DNA from: an uncultured Candidatus Saccharibacteria bacterium | GTDB taxonomy: Bacteria; Patescibacteriota; Minisyncoccia; Phycocordibacterales; PALSA-1337 | Direction of reading: 5' to 3' | DNA length: 60,060 bases | Assembly: GCA_964532285.1 (NCBI GenBank) | Contig: CAZHHB010000005.1 | Coordinates: 1 to 60,060 of the forward strand | Part shown: positions 27,320-37,099 of the stretch, piece by piece | Numbering within the stretch: the first letter of the stretch is position 1 | Layout: every line of letters starts with the position of its first letter | Made by a program: the position numbers and the translations under genes | Notes under the pieces: generated by a model | Database searches by the model: none | Told to the model about the DNA's origin: nothing | Seen by the model: only the letters and a program-made list of their open reading frames with translations

Positions 27320-27962
27320 TCTTTAGTAATACAGGGAAGTTTGAAGCAAGTCTCGGTTTCAAATATATCCAAGCCCCGAACCAAACATAATAGTTGAGGC
27401 GATTTATTATCCACGACAGTTTGTCGATTAGACGCGTCCAGTTATCAGCTTGCTCTAGCCTGCCGATCCACATTTTGACTCCTGTAAAACGACTTCGTGG
27501 GTATTTTTTCAATGCACAGTGATAATATCTACGCTCTGCATCATGAAGTATTGTAACGCCGGTAGGATTTAAAGCCTCTCTGGCTGTAAGTAAACACGAA
27601 CGCCTCTTTCTCCCATCCACAAAAATCAAATCAATTTTTGTATTAAGTGTTTTTGGGTAATTTACATACTCGCTCATGTCAGTGTCATCTTGCTTTAGCT
27701 TATCATTACCAGAGTCAAACAAGACCAAGTTGATCTTTGAATTACCAGCAACCTTTTCTTTGACAGTCTCATACCAGCGTTTGTTGTATTCTATGCTGGT
27801 CCATGAATAATTTATGCCTTGTTTATTTAAGAAGTCAGTGAAGTATACAGTGCTGCCACCGCTACCCCATTCTAGAATATTAATCGATTGCGATTTGCTG
27901 GCCTGTTCTAACAGCAATCTTTCAAACTTGCGGATTTCCCCTTTCGACATAAGTGGTTTCAT
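27291..27962 (-). CDS. Putative SAM-dependent methyltransferase (Methyltransf_24-like)
   Basis: ILEWGSGGST, LIFVDGRKRRSC. Its 3' end overlaps the convergent gene by 29 nt. Confidence 0.5.
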   Translation of the reverse strand: MKPLMSKGEIRKFERLLLEQASKSQSINILEWGSGGSTVYFTDFLNKQGINYSWTSIEYNKRWYETVKEKVAGNSKINLVLFDSGNDKLKQDDTDMSEYVNYPKTLNTKIDLIFVDGRKRRSCLLTAREALNPTGVTILHDAERRYYHCALKKYPRSRFTGVKMWIGRLEQADNWTRLIDKLSWIINRLNYYVWFGAWIYLKPRLASNFPVLLKIKKAIFGSK

Positions 27963-28044
27963 GGCAAGCAGTATATCAGATAGTGCGCTTATAATATATT
28001 AGTAATATATTAGTAAAAAACATGGAATCTGATAGACTAAACTT

Positions 28045-29700
28045 ATGTTTAACTCAGGGAAAAGGCGTTTGGCGATTATCTTTGGAGTCGTAGCTCTTTC
28101 TGTTTGGATAGCCCTACACATACCAGCAATTCGCTACGGCACGCAAGATCTGCCTTTGCATCAATCTTATATAGGTGATGAACAGTCTCCGATCAATGGG
28201 GCACTTCATATTTTGGAGACGAAGAATCTTCTAGGATTGAGAAATTTGCCAACCGTTTACTATGGTCCAGTCTTTTCTGCTATCGCCCTACCAGGTATTG
28301 TTGTAGATTTTGCACAAAAATACATTACGGGTGCAATACACAGTACAGTTGATTATAAGAATTATATCTTATGGGATTGGGGTGGAATACTACGCAATTC
28401 GCGTCTATTATCGGTTTTGGTTGGATTTTTGGGTTTATGGGCACTGTATCTACTCTTGATGACCGATACGGTGAATCCGAGCAAGAATAGGTCCTTGGCA
28501 TTGATTGGTGTGGCACTACTTGCTTTTAATTTTTATTTCTTTGAGTACACGTCTTTCTTCAGGCATTGGATATACGTGATCACTGGATTGATTGCTCAAA
28601 TATATTTCCTAGTGAGAATGATTGAAGACAGAGAACACTTGAAAAAGTATTACATTTGGCAGGGAATGTTGTTTGTGGGCACATTCGGAATAAGCTATTT
28701 AAGTGTTTTGTCTCAGATTATTTTCTTGCCAGTTCTCATTAAATGGTTCAAAGACAAAGATAAGGAGATGCTCAAGGCCTTCAGTATCTATGTGATGTGT
28801 CTAGTTATTCCATTGGTTTTGGTTGTACTATGGCATCCGCGATCTTTTCTGCGTCTGATCAATCTTACAGGCGGAGATCTGACTGGTCTGGGTAATGGTG
28901 GCTGGACATCAGAACCTGAGGTGGCAGGCTTTTCATTCCTCTATTACGCGCAGATAATATTTTACAATCACATAGCTTTGATAGGGACATGGGCTATTTT
29001 ACTGTTTGTAGCCATCAAACAAAGACTCCATAAGCAGTATATTTTTTGGTTGCCGATTTCATTGGCTCTAATCTATTATCTAGCATTTGCTCTTATGGGT
29101 CATCATGAGGCCCGTTACATATTACCCGTAATTGTTGCACTGATTGTAAGCACTTCCATTTTATTTGTAATGAATTTCCAGAGATTACTGCGTCCATTTA
29201 AAATTGTAGCAACCCTATTGCTGATCTCATCTTTCTTATATCACATAATTTCTATTTGTTTCTTTGAGAAAGCAATGATTGCTGGGCCGATTGAAAAACA
29301 AGCTATTGCCGAAGCCTTGGCTTATCAAGGGATACATCCGGATGCACGCCAATTATTCATAGAATGGTATTTGCTAGGTTATCCGCATACAAAAGAATCT
29401 TACAAGGATTATGCGGACAACTATATTTATTCTAGAACGAAAAATCCTACGGGTGGTGATCTGTATCAAGCCATGTTGGCCACACCATTTCCAAATAATG
29501 TAATACCTTTGAATGTTTTTGAAATGCACCCAGATGTGGCATCTTCAAGCAATGATTTGATCAAATCATATGACCGTGTCGTGTACCGCCACCAGCCTGC
29601 TATAGATAATAAATTACCGCCTGATTTCCTAGAGATAAATCTGACCAGATACTGGATGCGCGACGCTTGGTCTGATACATTTACTACTATAAAAGAATAA
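28045..29700 (+). CDS. Polytopic membrane protein, probable GT-C fold glycosyltransferase (ArnT/PMT-like)
   Basis: 551 aa with more than 10 predicted TM helices and an acidic first-loop motif (IGDEQSP). Inferred partner of the GT2 polyprenyl-P glycosyltransferase. Confidence 0.45.
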   Translation: MFNSGKRRLAIIFGVVALSVWIALHIPAIRYGTQDLPLHQSYIGDEQSPINGALHILETKNLLGLRNLPTVYYGPVFSAIALPGIVVDFAQKYITGAIHSTVDYKNYILWDWGGILRNSRLLSVLVGFLGLWALYLLLMTDTVNPSKNRSLALIGVALLAFNFYFFEYTSFFRHWIYVITGLIAQIYFLVRMIEDREHLKKYYIWQGMLFVGTFGISYLSVLSQIIFLPVLIKWFKDKDKEMLKAFSIYVMCLVIPLVLVVLWHPRSFLRLINLTGGDLTGLGNGGWTSEPEVAGFSFLYYAQIIFYNHIALIGTWAILLFVAIKQRLHKQYIFWLPISLALIYYLAFALMGHHEARYILPVIVALIVSTSILFVMNFQRLLRPFKIVATLLLISSFLYHIISICFFEKAMIAGPIEKQAIAEALAYQGIHPDARQLFIEWYLLGYPHTKESYKDYADNYIYSRTKNPTGGDLYQAMLATPFPNNVIPLNVFEMHPDVASSSNDLIKSYDRVVYRHQPAIDNKLPPDFLEINLTRYWMRDAWSDTFTTIKE

Positions 29701-29701
29701 T

Positions 29702-30316
29702 ATGCCCACACCCTGGAGGAGAGGATTATATAAAGAGATTGAAAGGTTGGATCTTTCCGGCAAGGTTTTAGACCTGGGCGGTTCTAGAAAGTCTGGCTAT
29801 CATGAACTTATAAAAGGCACGCACACGATTGAAGTTGCCAATCTAGACGAATCATCCGGTTTGAATATTAAATGTGATTTAGAAAAGCCATTTCCAATAA
29901 CAGATAGTTCATATGATTCATTGCTAGCCTTCAATGTTATAGAACATATTTTTAATTACCAGGGGTTTTTTATGGAGTGCCATAGGGTCTTGAAATCAAA
30001 AGGCCAGCTGATTATCGGTGTACCATTCCTGATGCATGTTCACCCATCACCACATGATTATTGGAGGTATACAGAAGAGACCCTGCGCAAAATATTGGAA
30101 ATCGCGAAATTCAACAACATCACCATAACTCCAGTCGGCAATGGTCTATTAACAGCTTCGGTACAACATTTGAGTGGAATACTACGATTTGCACCTATCA
30201 GAGTGGTCTTGGAATACACAGCCAAATTTCTAGATGCTATTCTTTCCCTGTTTTCTCCAAGAGAAAAATTAAAAAAGATGTATCCAATGGGATATTTTGT
30301 TATTGCTCATAAGTAG
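29702..30316 (+). CDS. Class I SAM-dependent methyltransferase
   Basis: VLDLGGS, LLAFNVIEHI. Confidence 0.6.
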   Translation: MPTPWRRGLYKEIERLDLSGKVLDLGGSRKSGYHELIKGTHTIEVANLDESSGLNIKCDLEKPFPITDSSYDSLLAFNVIEHIFNYQGFFMECHRVLKSKGQLIIGVPFLMHVHPSPHDYWRYTEETLRKILEIAKFNNITITPVGNGLLTASVQHLSGILRFAPIRVVLEYTAKFLDAILSLFSPREKLKKMYPMGYFVIAHK

Positions 30317-30328
30317 TATTATAGAGAC

Positions 30329-31423
30329 ATGGAAAATCAAAGATTAAAAGATGATCAGACAAAGCCGTTACGCGTCCTATATTTCGGTATATTCAATCCT
30401 AGTTTTTCGCGCAATCATGTCTACATCGAAGGACTAAGGAGAAATGGTCTCGAGATTACAATCTGTACTGATACAAGCAGGGGGTTGTTGAAGTATTGGC
30501 AACTCTTCAAAAAGCATTGGAAGATTCGTCGTGATTACGACTTCATGATAGTGGGATTCCCTGGATATATCATTGTGCCATTTGCAAAATTGATAACCAG
30601 AAAGCCTGTCATATTCGATGCCCTGTGTTCTTTCTACGAGACTCAGATCATTTCAAGAGATGCATATAGAGGCAATCCATTCAGGATTCCGTATGTAAGG
30701 ATGATAGATTGGTTGGCCACAAGATTTGCGGACAAGATCCTAGTTGAGACTTTCAGGCAAAAAGAGTATTTTGTGAAAGAATTGGGTGCGAAAGAAGATA
30801 AATGTATTGTCACCTATACTGGTGTTAGCGATACTGATTTTTATGTTGATTCTAGTGTGGAAAGGTTCAATAAGTTTACGGTCCTATTCCGTGGGCGTAT
30901 CACCAGAGAATCTGGAGCTACGACTGTGATCCGAGCAGCAAAATTGTTGGAGAATTACGATGTAGATTTCTTGATAGTTGGTTTTGGTTGGGACGATGTA
31001 ATGGAAGAATTTTATGCGACTATGGATCAAGTCAAACCAAGGAATGTTAGACATATCTTGGGGCAGTTGCCGATAGACGGGCTACGCCGTATGATGTTGG
31101 AGTGTCATGTTAGTTTGGGTCAATTTGGTGACAATGAGAGGTTAGACAGGACTATTCCTCACAAGGCATTTGAGGCTATGGTAATGAAGCTCCCATATAT
31201 CACAGCCAGGACAAGTGGAATCGCGGAGATATTCAAAGATAATGAGAATTGTCTCATGGTGAATGTGAATGATCCGAGAGATCTTGCGGATAAGGTTTTA
31301 CAACTTACGAATGATAGCTCCCTAGCAAACAGACTCGCAGAAAACTCTCACAATCTATATCTAGAGAGGTTCACTCCGGAGAAGATTGTGCAGCCAATTA
31401 TTGAATTTATGATAAACAGATAG
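30329..31423 (+). CDS. Glycosyltransferase (GT-B, GT4-like)
   Basis: 364 aa. HKAFEAMVMKLPYITARTSGIAEIF in the position of the GT4 E-x7-E region. Confidence 0.55.
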   Translation: MENQRLKDDQTKPLRVLYFGIFNPSFSRNHVYIEGLRRNGLEITICTDTSRGLLKYWQLFKKHWKIRRDYDFMIVGFPGYIIVPFAKLITRKPVIFDALCSFYETQIISRDAYRGNPFRIPYVRMIDWLATRFADKILVETFRQKEYFVKELGAKEDKCIVTYTGVSDTDFYVDSSVERFNKFTVLFRGRITRESGATTVIRAAKLLENYDVDFLIVGFGWDDVMEEFYATMDQVKPRNVRHILGQLPIDGLRRMMLECHVSLGQFGDNERLDRTIPHKAFEAMVMKLPYITARTSGIAEIFKDNENCLMVNVNDPRDLADKVLQLTNDSSLANRLAENSHNLYLERFTPEKIVQPIIEFMINR

Positions 31424-31429
31424 ATTGTT

Positions 31430-32284
31430 ATGAAAAATATCCTGAAGAAAACCCTGCCACCTTTTATTTGGAATAATGCCAGAGATACTTATTATGGCTT
31501 TTCTCATATCCTATGTAGGATTGGTCCGCAGACGAAAACTCGCAATTATTGTGGATTCAGATTGTATTACAATTGCGGCAATTCCATAATTGACAGACTG
31601 AAGTTTGAACCCGTCTTCGAAAAAGAGATGTGTGAGATGATCGTCTTTGATTTGAATAAAAGTAAGACACCAAAGATGTTAGATATCGGTGCGAATATCG
31701 GTTTTATCAGCCTTTATGTTGTTTCAGAAGTTTCTGCAATCAAGATTTATGCTTTTGAGCCGGGGTTGAAACAGGCGGGGTATTTTAAGAAAACTATAGA
31801 AGCCAATGCCTTGAGCGAGCGTGTGGTCTTGAATACTTTTGCCCTCTCAGATTCAAATGGCACCCAGACCTTCTATAGTCATCCTAGACGCGATATGTCG
31901 AAAGATGGTCTAAAAGATACAGGAAGGGGAGAAAGGACGGTTGTAACAGAGGTAAAGACCATGACGTTGGATTCTTGGTGGAAAGGGGTGGGTATGCCGA
32001 ATATTGATGTTGTGAAGATTGATACAGAGGGGGCGGAGTTATTGATCTTGCGTTGTGCAAAGGAATTCCTGGCGAAAGTGAAACCGATTATTTATCTGGA
32101 GATAGCGCCGAGTAATCTGAAAGCATACCCGTACAAGGTCTCAGATATTTTGAAATATTTAGGCGAGGCTGGTTACAGATTGGTAACGTTGTCAGGTGAA
32201 TTGGTTACAGCAGATAATTTAAATGAATTGTTGGTTGTTAATGAGACTTTCCGTGCCATTTCAGATGGTCAGGTCGCAAAGTGA
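31430..32284 (+). CDS. FkbM-family methyltransferase
   Basis: MLDIGANIGFISLY, AFEP, VVKIDTEGAE. Confidence 0.75.
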   Translation: MKNILKKTLPPFIWNNARDTYYGFSHILCRIGPQTKTRNYCGFRLYYNCGNSIIDRLKFEPVFEKEMCEMIVFDLNKSKTPKMLDIGANIGFISLYVVSEVSAIKIYAFEPGLKQAGYFKKTIEANALSERVVLNTFALSDSNGTQTFYSHPRRDMSKDGLKDTGRGERTVVTEVKTMTLDSWWKGVGMPNIDVVKIDTEGAELLILRCAKEFLAKVKPIIYLEIAPSNLKAYPYKVSDILKYLGEAGYRLVTLSGELVTADNLNELLVVNETFRAISDGQVAK

Positions 32285-32432
32285 TTTTTATGAGACCTGC
32301 GGGACTCGCTATCGTTAAATTGCAAGGTTTTTGTGCTCATGGGCATGTAAGGTTCCGAGCACAAAAACCTAGCAATTTATACTCTGCTCAGACAGGTCCT
32401 CGGTCTCATAAAAATCACCTTGCGACCTGACC
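32267..32432. repeat. Nested palindrome element C: core 32296-32403 inside a 31-bp IR (1 mismatch) that includes the last 5 codons and stop of both flanking genes
   Basis: ggtcaggtcgcaaagtgatttttatgagacc pairs with ggtctcataaaaatcaccttgcgacctgacc. The core termini cctgcgg.actcgct / ctgctcagacaggtcctcgg are shared with elements B and D. Confidence 0.9.
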
Positions 32433-33128
32433 TCTTCGAGTAAAGATAGAATCCTCAAATAGTATTTCACCAGTTTTTGGATGCCTTTTATTTTGCAAAC
32501 CTCCGTGATATTCAAATCCTTTTTCCGTCAAAAAATTGTAAATATTACTGAATAAAGGTTGGTTCTCATACAGCGCACGGAATGAAGTTTCAGCCAAGAC
32601 GATTGAAACATGAGGTAATAGATTTACAGCTCCACGCAAAACTTTCTCTTCATAACCCTGAACATCTAGTTTCAATAGTATATTCCTCTTAATATTTGAG
32701 GCTTGAAGTATGGAATCTAGAGTCTTCACAATAATTTTTTCGTCTGTTGAATCTTTTGTAAAAGGGAAGGCATCTTCCAAAAGCTCCGTGTTGGATAACA
32801 TGGAAGAGCTGGGTGCGTATGAATTTTTATGGATTACAGAAGTACCGGCAATATCGCCAAGGCCGATATTGTAAGAAGTGAAGTTGCGATCATTCTTCCT
32901 AGAGATATTCAATTTAGCGAAACATTCCTTCATGGGCTCAAAAGAGTAAATATGAGCATCAGGCAAAACGGCACGGATCTCGGAGGCAAATTGCCCGACA
33001 TTGGCCCCAACATCTATGACTGTATTTACCTCATAGTTTTTAAAGAAACCAAAAGGGTTTATCTTGTGGCGATAACGGATGATGTCTACGCCGATCTTTT
33101 GTAGTAATGACTTAATTGTTTTTTTCAT
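32415..33128 (-). CDS. FkbM-family methyltransferase
   Basis: VIDVGANVGQFASE, SFEP, LLKLDVQGYEE. Confidence 0.75.
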   Translation of the reverse strand: MKKTIKSLLQKIGVDIIRYRHKINPFGFFKNYEVNTVIDVGANVGQFASEIRAVLPDAHIYSFEPMKECFAKLNISRKNDRNFTSYNIGLGDIAGTSVIHKNSYAPSSSMLSNTELLEDAFPFTKDSTDEKIIVKTLDSILQASNIKRNILLKLDVQGYEEKVLRGAVNLLPHVSIVLAETSFRALYENQPLFSNIYNFLTEKGFEYHGGLQNKRHPKTGEILFEDSIFTRRGQVAR

Positions 33129-34128
33129 TGTGATTTATCGTACCACGAAATGGCAAATCCAATATTTCTTCAGGGACATTCCTGTCTCTATGTGTATACA
33201 TGTTGAGCCACTCTCTGAATGTTAGATCTTGATCAGTGCGTATATGATCGTAAAAAGTGAAGCGATTTTCTATATAATGTTCATACTTTCTCCAATACAG
33301 ATCCAAACTCTCTTTGTCGGCGATGATGAAATGGTTCGCGAAGAAATCCCAAGAATCTCGAATGGTCCACAATATAGGACGGCCCAATTTCTTCATGAAT
33401 TCTGTCGTTAGATATATCTCACAGATTCGCGCCTTGGCGAAATCACGGATCGTAGGTGTAACCTTGCCTGTACCTTGTGGGCGTTCATCTAGTGGGGCAC
33501 CCCAATATACGAGCATGTCGTCTATATGACCGAAGATATTCATGTCTGTAATTCCATAAGGTCTATATTTTAGTGTTGCTAAACCAGAGGCTACGAGTCT
33601 CTTTTTTTGTTTATTGAATGGTGTGGTGTATGGAAATGTCTCTATTAGGCTCAGCATGAATTCTAGACTGTTTGGCGCATTCAAACGCTGATCAGTACGA
33701 GTCTTCAAGACATATTCAGCTTTCATGTCGCGTGCTTTCAGTATTCCAGCATACGAGGAGACCAATTGCATATTTATATTGAACGGTCCACGATATCCAG
33801 GCTTCGGGGATCGTACGATTGTCGCTCCAGTCTTTTCTATACTCACCAAGGTATTTTCATCCTCACCATTCCATGTTGAAAGAATAATTTTCGCCAGAGG
33901 GAAGATCTTCTTATAAAGTTTAACAGTCTCTAATGTGAAGTCATTTTCCAAAAGCAGTGGTCCTTGGATGACGATCGCTGTGGAAGGAAAGTTTTTTGGC
34001 AGATTTGGCCAGAGATCCATGGTGTCAGCAGATTTTGGTCTGGTATGGTAGGTGAAGAATTTGTGAGAGAACTTCTCATATAAAGTTACGCTCTTTTCTA
34101 TTAAATTTCTTTTAATTTTTTTCCACAT
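33112..34128 (-). CDS. WavE-like polysaccharide biosynthesis protein (tentative); paralogue of 43475..44464
   Basis: AIVIQGPL...STWNGED...KTRTDQ here and VIIQGPL...STWDPQD...KIRTDM in the other copy. Confidence 0.4.
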   Translation of the reverse strand: MWKKIKRNLIEKSVTLYEKFSHKFFTYHTRPKSADTMDLWPNLPKNFPSTAIVIQGPLLLENDFTLETVKLYKKIFPLAKIILSTWNGEDENTLVSIEKTGATIVRSPKPGYRGPFNINMQLVSSYAGILKARDMKAEYVLKTRTDQRLNAPNSLEFMLSLIETFPYTTPFNKQKKRLVASGLATLKYRPYGITDMNIFGHIDDMLVYWGAPLDERPQGTGKVTPTIRDFAKARICEIYLTTEFMKKLGRPILWTIRDSWDFFANHFIIADKESLDLYWRKYEHYIENRFTFYDHIRTDQDLTFREWLNMYTHRDRNVPEEILDLPFRGTINHNEKNN

Positions 34129-34132
34129 GAAC

Positions 34133-35020
34133 TTATTTTTTAGCTTTATGCTTCTTCTTGGTGTGCGTTATCCTTTTCTGCTTATTTATATTCGACTTCT
34201 TTTTTCTTAGTGGTGTTTTCAATATCTTTGACGATTTATTAGAAGTGACCTTATTTGTTTGTGTTTCCAAATTGATCTTGTTGTCGGTCAAGTCCTTCTG
34301 AAATACTGATAGATCCTCTGGCGTTCCTAGTCCGTATAAATGATGGGCGGGTATCTCGTGTATGCATACCTTTTTATTGACCAAAATGAATTCGTTATAT
34401 GCCGGACAGATATAGAATTCATTATTGTGTCTGATGTTCTTCTCTATCATAGACTGTGTAGCTGTCACAAAATCTCTGCCATTCTTGTAATAATAAATTC
34501 CGGCAGTTGCGTGGTTGGAAATAACTTTCTTCTCAGCTACTTCCATGACCTCATTTCCAGAAATTATCCGAGCATAACTCCAACGAGGGTGACTGGAAGG
34601 GAAGGTCAATATATATCCATCAGCCTTTATTTTCCTAGCTTTATCTATGAATGCATCCAAACCACCTACGATGAATTGATCAGCATTGGCAATAAGTAAT
34701 TCCTCATCATTATTTATATGTTCTATGGCTGATAGAGCAGTGAGGGCGGCACCCTCGGTCTTGCCATTGATAGTTACGACCTCGAATAGATTTTTGCTAG
34801 ATTGTTTGAAGATATTATAGAAATCATATTTATCGTATTGCTCTTTCAGACAAACGAAAATGAATCTGTGCGGCACTTTTGGTCGGAGATTATTCACGAC
34901 GACTTCTATCATGGTTTTGCCGGCTATATCTATCATGGGCTTTGGAAAAGCGAAACCAGCTTCTATGAAAGCTCCACCTCTCCCCGCCATTGGTATGAGA
35001 ATGTTTATTTTCTTTTCCAT
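34133..35020 (-). CDS. Nucleotidyltransferase-fold (sugar-phosphate nucleotidyltransferase/GT-A-like) protein with a Lys-rich tail
   Basis: INILIPMAGRGGAF, GLGTPEDL. The last ~45 aa are K-rich (KKKSNINKQKRITHTKKKHKAKK). Confidence 0.55.
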   Translation of the reverse strand: MEKKINILIPMAGRGGAFIEAGFAFPKPMIDIAGKTMIEVVVNNLRPKVPHRFIFVCLKEQYDKYDFYNIFKQSSKNLFEVVTINGKTEGAALTALSAIEHINNDEELLIANADQFIVGGLDAFIDKARKIKADGYILTFPSSHPRWSYARIISGNEVMEVAEKKVISNHATAGIYYYKNGRDFVTATQSMIEKNIRHNNEFYICPAYNEFILVNKKVCIHEIPAHHLYGLGTPEDLSVFQKDLTDNKINLETQTNKVTSNKSSKILKTPLRKKKSNINKQKRITHTKKKHKAKK

Positions 35021-35024
35021 TGGA

Positions 35025-35852
35025 TTATGGATTTTCCGCTTCGCAATGCATGAAGAAATGCTCTAGATCTTCTGGTGTGCCGAGTCCCCAAACCTTACCC
35101 TTTGGCATCACGGCGGCTTCGACTCTATAGCCTTTTTCTATGAGATTCTGATATAGAGGAGCGATATAGAATTCAGCCTTGCCGGGGTCACCAAATCTGC
35201 GATCTTTCGTTATGACATCATAGGCTTCTTTGAAGAAATGTTTTGCTTTTGAGAAATAATAAGCTCCGATATTGGCATAGGCGCCGGCATCTCTCAGGAT
35301 GGGATCTTTCTCGGCTACTTTGATGATAACATTGTCTTTTTCGCCGATAAGTGAATAACTCCACTTTGCTGGACCATCCTTGGGTGCGGAGAAAACGGGG
35401 ATAATGCCGGCTGTTTTCGGATGACGATTGATGATGACTTTGTCCAAATAACGACCATCGAAATAATGATCGGAATCGGTTATGAGTAATTCTTCGTTAT
35501 CATTTACGAGATCTTTGGCTTTGTAGGCTGTCTCTGCGGCGCCTCTAGTGACCGCATCCAAAACGATTACATTGATTTGTGGGGAATAAAGTTGTCGGAG
35601 TTGTTCTTCTAAATGATGTGCCTCGTTATGTTCTTTTAGAATTATGAAAATTAGATCTTGTGGGAAGACGCGGTGTTTCTTATTCTTTTTCTGATCTGCA
35701 TGTGCTACGAATGGGAGTGAACCGGTAGCCCACCTTACCATGGGTCTTTTCTTGACCATGATGAATGGTTTGGGTTTGAAATATTCGGGATTTAGGTGAG
35801 CGACCTTTGCAAACCGTGTTCCTAGGCCTGCCATTGGTATGATGATTTTCAT
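35025..35852 (-). CDS. Nucleotidyltransferase-fold protein, paralogue of 34133..35020
   Basis: MKIIIPMAGLGTRF, WGLGTPEDL. Start taken at ATG 35852. Confidence 0.55.
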   Translation of the reverse strand: MKIIIPMAGLGTRFAKVAHLNPEYFKPKPFIMVKKRPMVRWATGSLPFVAHADQKKNKKHRVFPQDLIFIILKEHNEAHHLEEQLRQLYSPQINVIVLDAVTRGAAETAYKAKDLVNDNEELLITDSDHYFDGRYLDKVIINRHPKTAGIIPVFSAPKDGPAKWSYSLIGEKDNVIIKVAEKDPILRDAGAYANIGAYYFSKAKHFFKEAYDVITKDRRFGDPGKAEFYIAPLYQNLIEKGYRVEAAVMPKGKVWGLGTPEDLEHFFMHCEAENP

Positions 35853-36017
35853 GAACGGAAGTATACACCATTGTCTGTATTTGTGAATAATAAAAAGCCC
35901 TATCAAGAATTTGACAGAGTTTGTGTGGTCGTGTTAACCAAATATTTTCGTAGGGTGCAACATCCCATTCCGAACCCACGATCGGCCCTGCTCGTACAAC
36001 GGAACACCTCGCAGGGC

Positions 36018-36143
36018 CGTCTCTTCTCGCGCTGGTGTCATCAATATGCGGAGTTAATCTTCAACAGCGCTCCGAAAGGGGTGTCGTCATGGGATGTTAC
36101 ACCCTACTGCAATCATTATATACTCGCTCAGACAGGTCCTCGG
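36018..36143. repeat. Partial or degenerate copy of the nested-palindrome core (element E)
   Basis: cctactgcaatcattatatactcgctcagacaggtcctcgg resembles the element C 3' end cctagcaatttatactctgctcagacaggtcctcgg. No flanking IR was found. Confidence 0.6.
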
Positions 36144-36178
36144 CTGATTCGAAGACATGTTTGCCAAGTCCTACCTAC

Positions 36179-37084
36179 TTAATTGTTTTTGTCTTCAATC
36201 AACCTCCGCACAAAATCAGGGTGATCAGTACACATAGCACCTGGTTTCAAAGCGACAATCTCTGCGAGGCGGGCGTTCAATCTCTCGCGAGGTGAGCCGT
36301 CTTCGTGGAGATGGTCGGGTTGTACGCCAGTTGGCTGGGATGGGGAAGTGGTGTGAAGCTCTGGAGTTACGAGAGCTATACCGATACCGTGATCGCGGAG
36401 TTTTCCGAAGATCTCGGTGTTGAGTAATGTCTTCTCACCATCGTTTTTGTCCTTACGATCCCATTCATCCAACCACGCCCAACTGAAGAGATCCTTGTTT
36501 TCCAACAATTGTTCCATGGTGATGAGTGTACCACCAGCGGCATTGTTGAAACGCTCGATGTCATAAGGATGCGAGACAGAAGCGGCCAGACGGATACCCG
36601 GAACTTTGTCCACGAGATACTTGGCGGAGGGGATGGTGGCATCGAAGACGATGAGTTTGTCCCATGCACTGAACTCTTCCAGTGTCCCAGCCAATATCTC
36701 CAAACCTTCCGGAGTTTGATTGGCGGACTTGAGGTGCAAGGCAGAGATACTCCTCGGCGCGCCCTTCTCCGCAATTAATTCCAAGAGATGGGGGATAGAG
36801 GTTAGGTGTTGACCGTCGAAGTCTGTAGCGACGAGTCGGGCCAGTGGAACTTCGTTGATCTTCCTTTTGTCCCGACCTCCGGTCAGGCGTTCGAGACTAG
36901 AATCATGGATAGCGGTCATTTGACCATCAGCGGTGACACGCATGTCGAATTCCAAACCATACCCGCGCGCAAGTTGGTCGGTGAAAGCCTCCAGAGAGCT
37001 TTCTTTGAAGTAGCGGGGTCGATCAGGATCTAGGCCACGATGGGTGATGATTCGGGTGGTAGTGTTTCGCTGATTATCCTTCAT
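36179..37084 (-). CDS. Glycerophosphodiester phosphodiesterase (GDPD family)
   Basis: ITHRGLD...ESSLEAF...GLEFDMRVTADGQMTAIHD. Start at ATG 37084, with TATAAT (minus strand, 37096-37091) 6 nt upstream. Confidence 0.8.
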   Translation of the reverse strand: MKDNQRNTTTRIITHRGLDPDRPRYFKESSLEAFTDQLARGYGLEFDMRVTADGQMTAIHDSSLERLTGGRDKRKINEVPLARLVATDFDGQHLTSIPHLLELIAEKGAPRSISALHLKSANQTPEGLEILAGTLEEFSAWDKLIVFDATIPSAKYLVDKVPGIRLAASVSHPYDIERFNNAAGGTLITMEQLLENKDLFSWAWLDEWDRKDKNDGEKTLLNTEIFGKLRDHGIGIALVTPELHTTSPSQPTGVQPDHLHEDGSPRERLNARLAEIVALKPGAMCTDHPDFVRRLIEDKNN

Positions 37085-37099
37085 ATGTACATTATAGTA

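Noticed and set aside
35951-36050. The 5S-rRNA-like string tcccattccgaaccc (35963-35977) in the 272-bp spacer between two minus-strand genes.
   Set aside because: CCCATxCCGAAC is the hallmark of 5S helix III / loop C, but the sequence that follows (cacgatcggccctgc) lacks the expected GAAGTnAAGC. I could not pair any 5' and 3' ends into helix I, and no 16S or 23S gene is nearby. A cmsearch with the 5S model (RF00001) would settle it.
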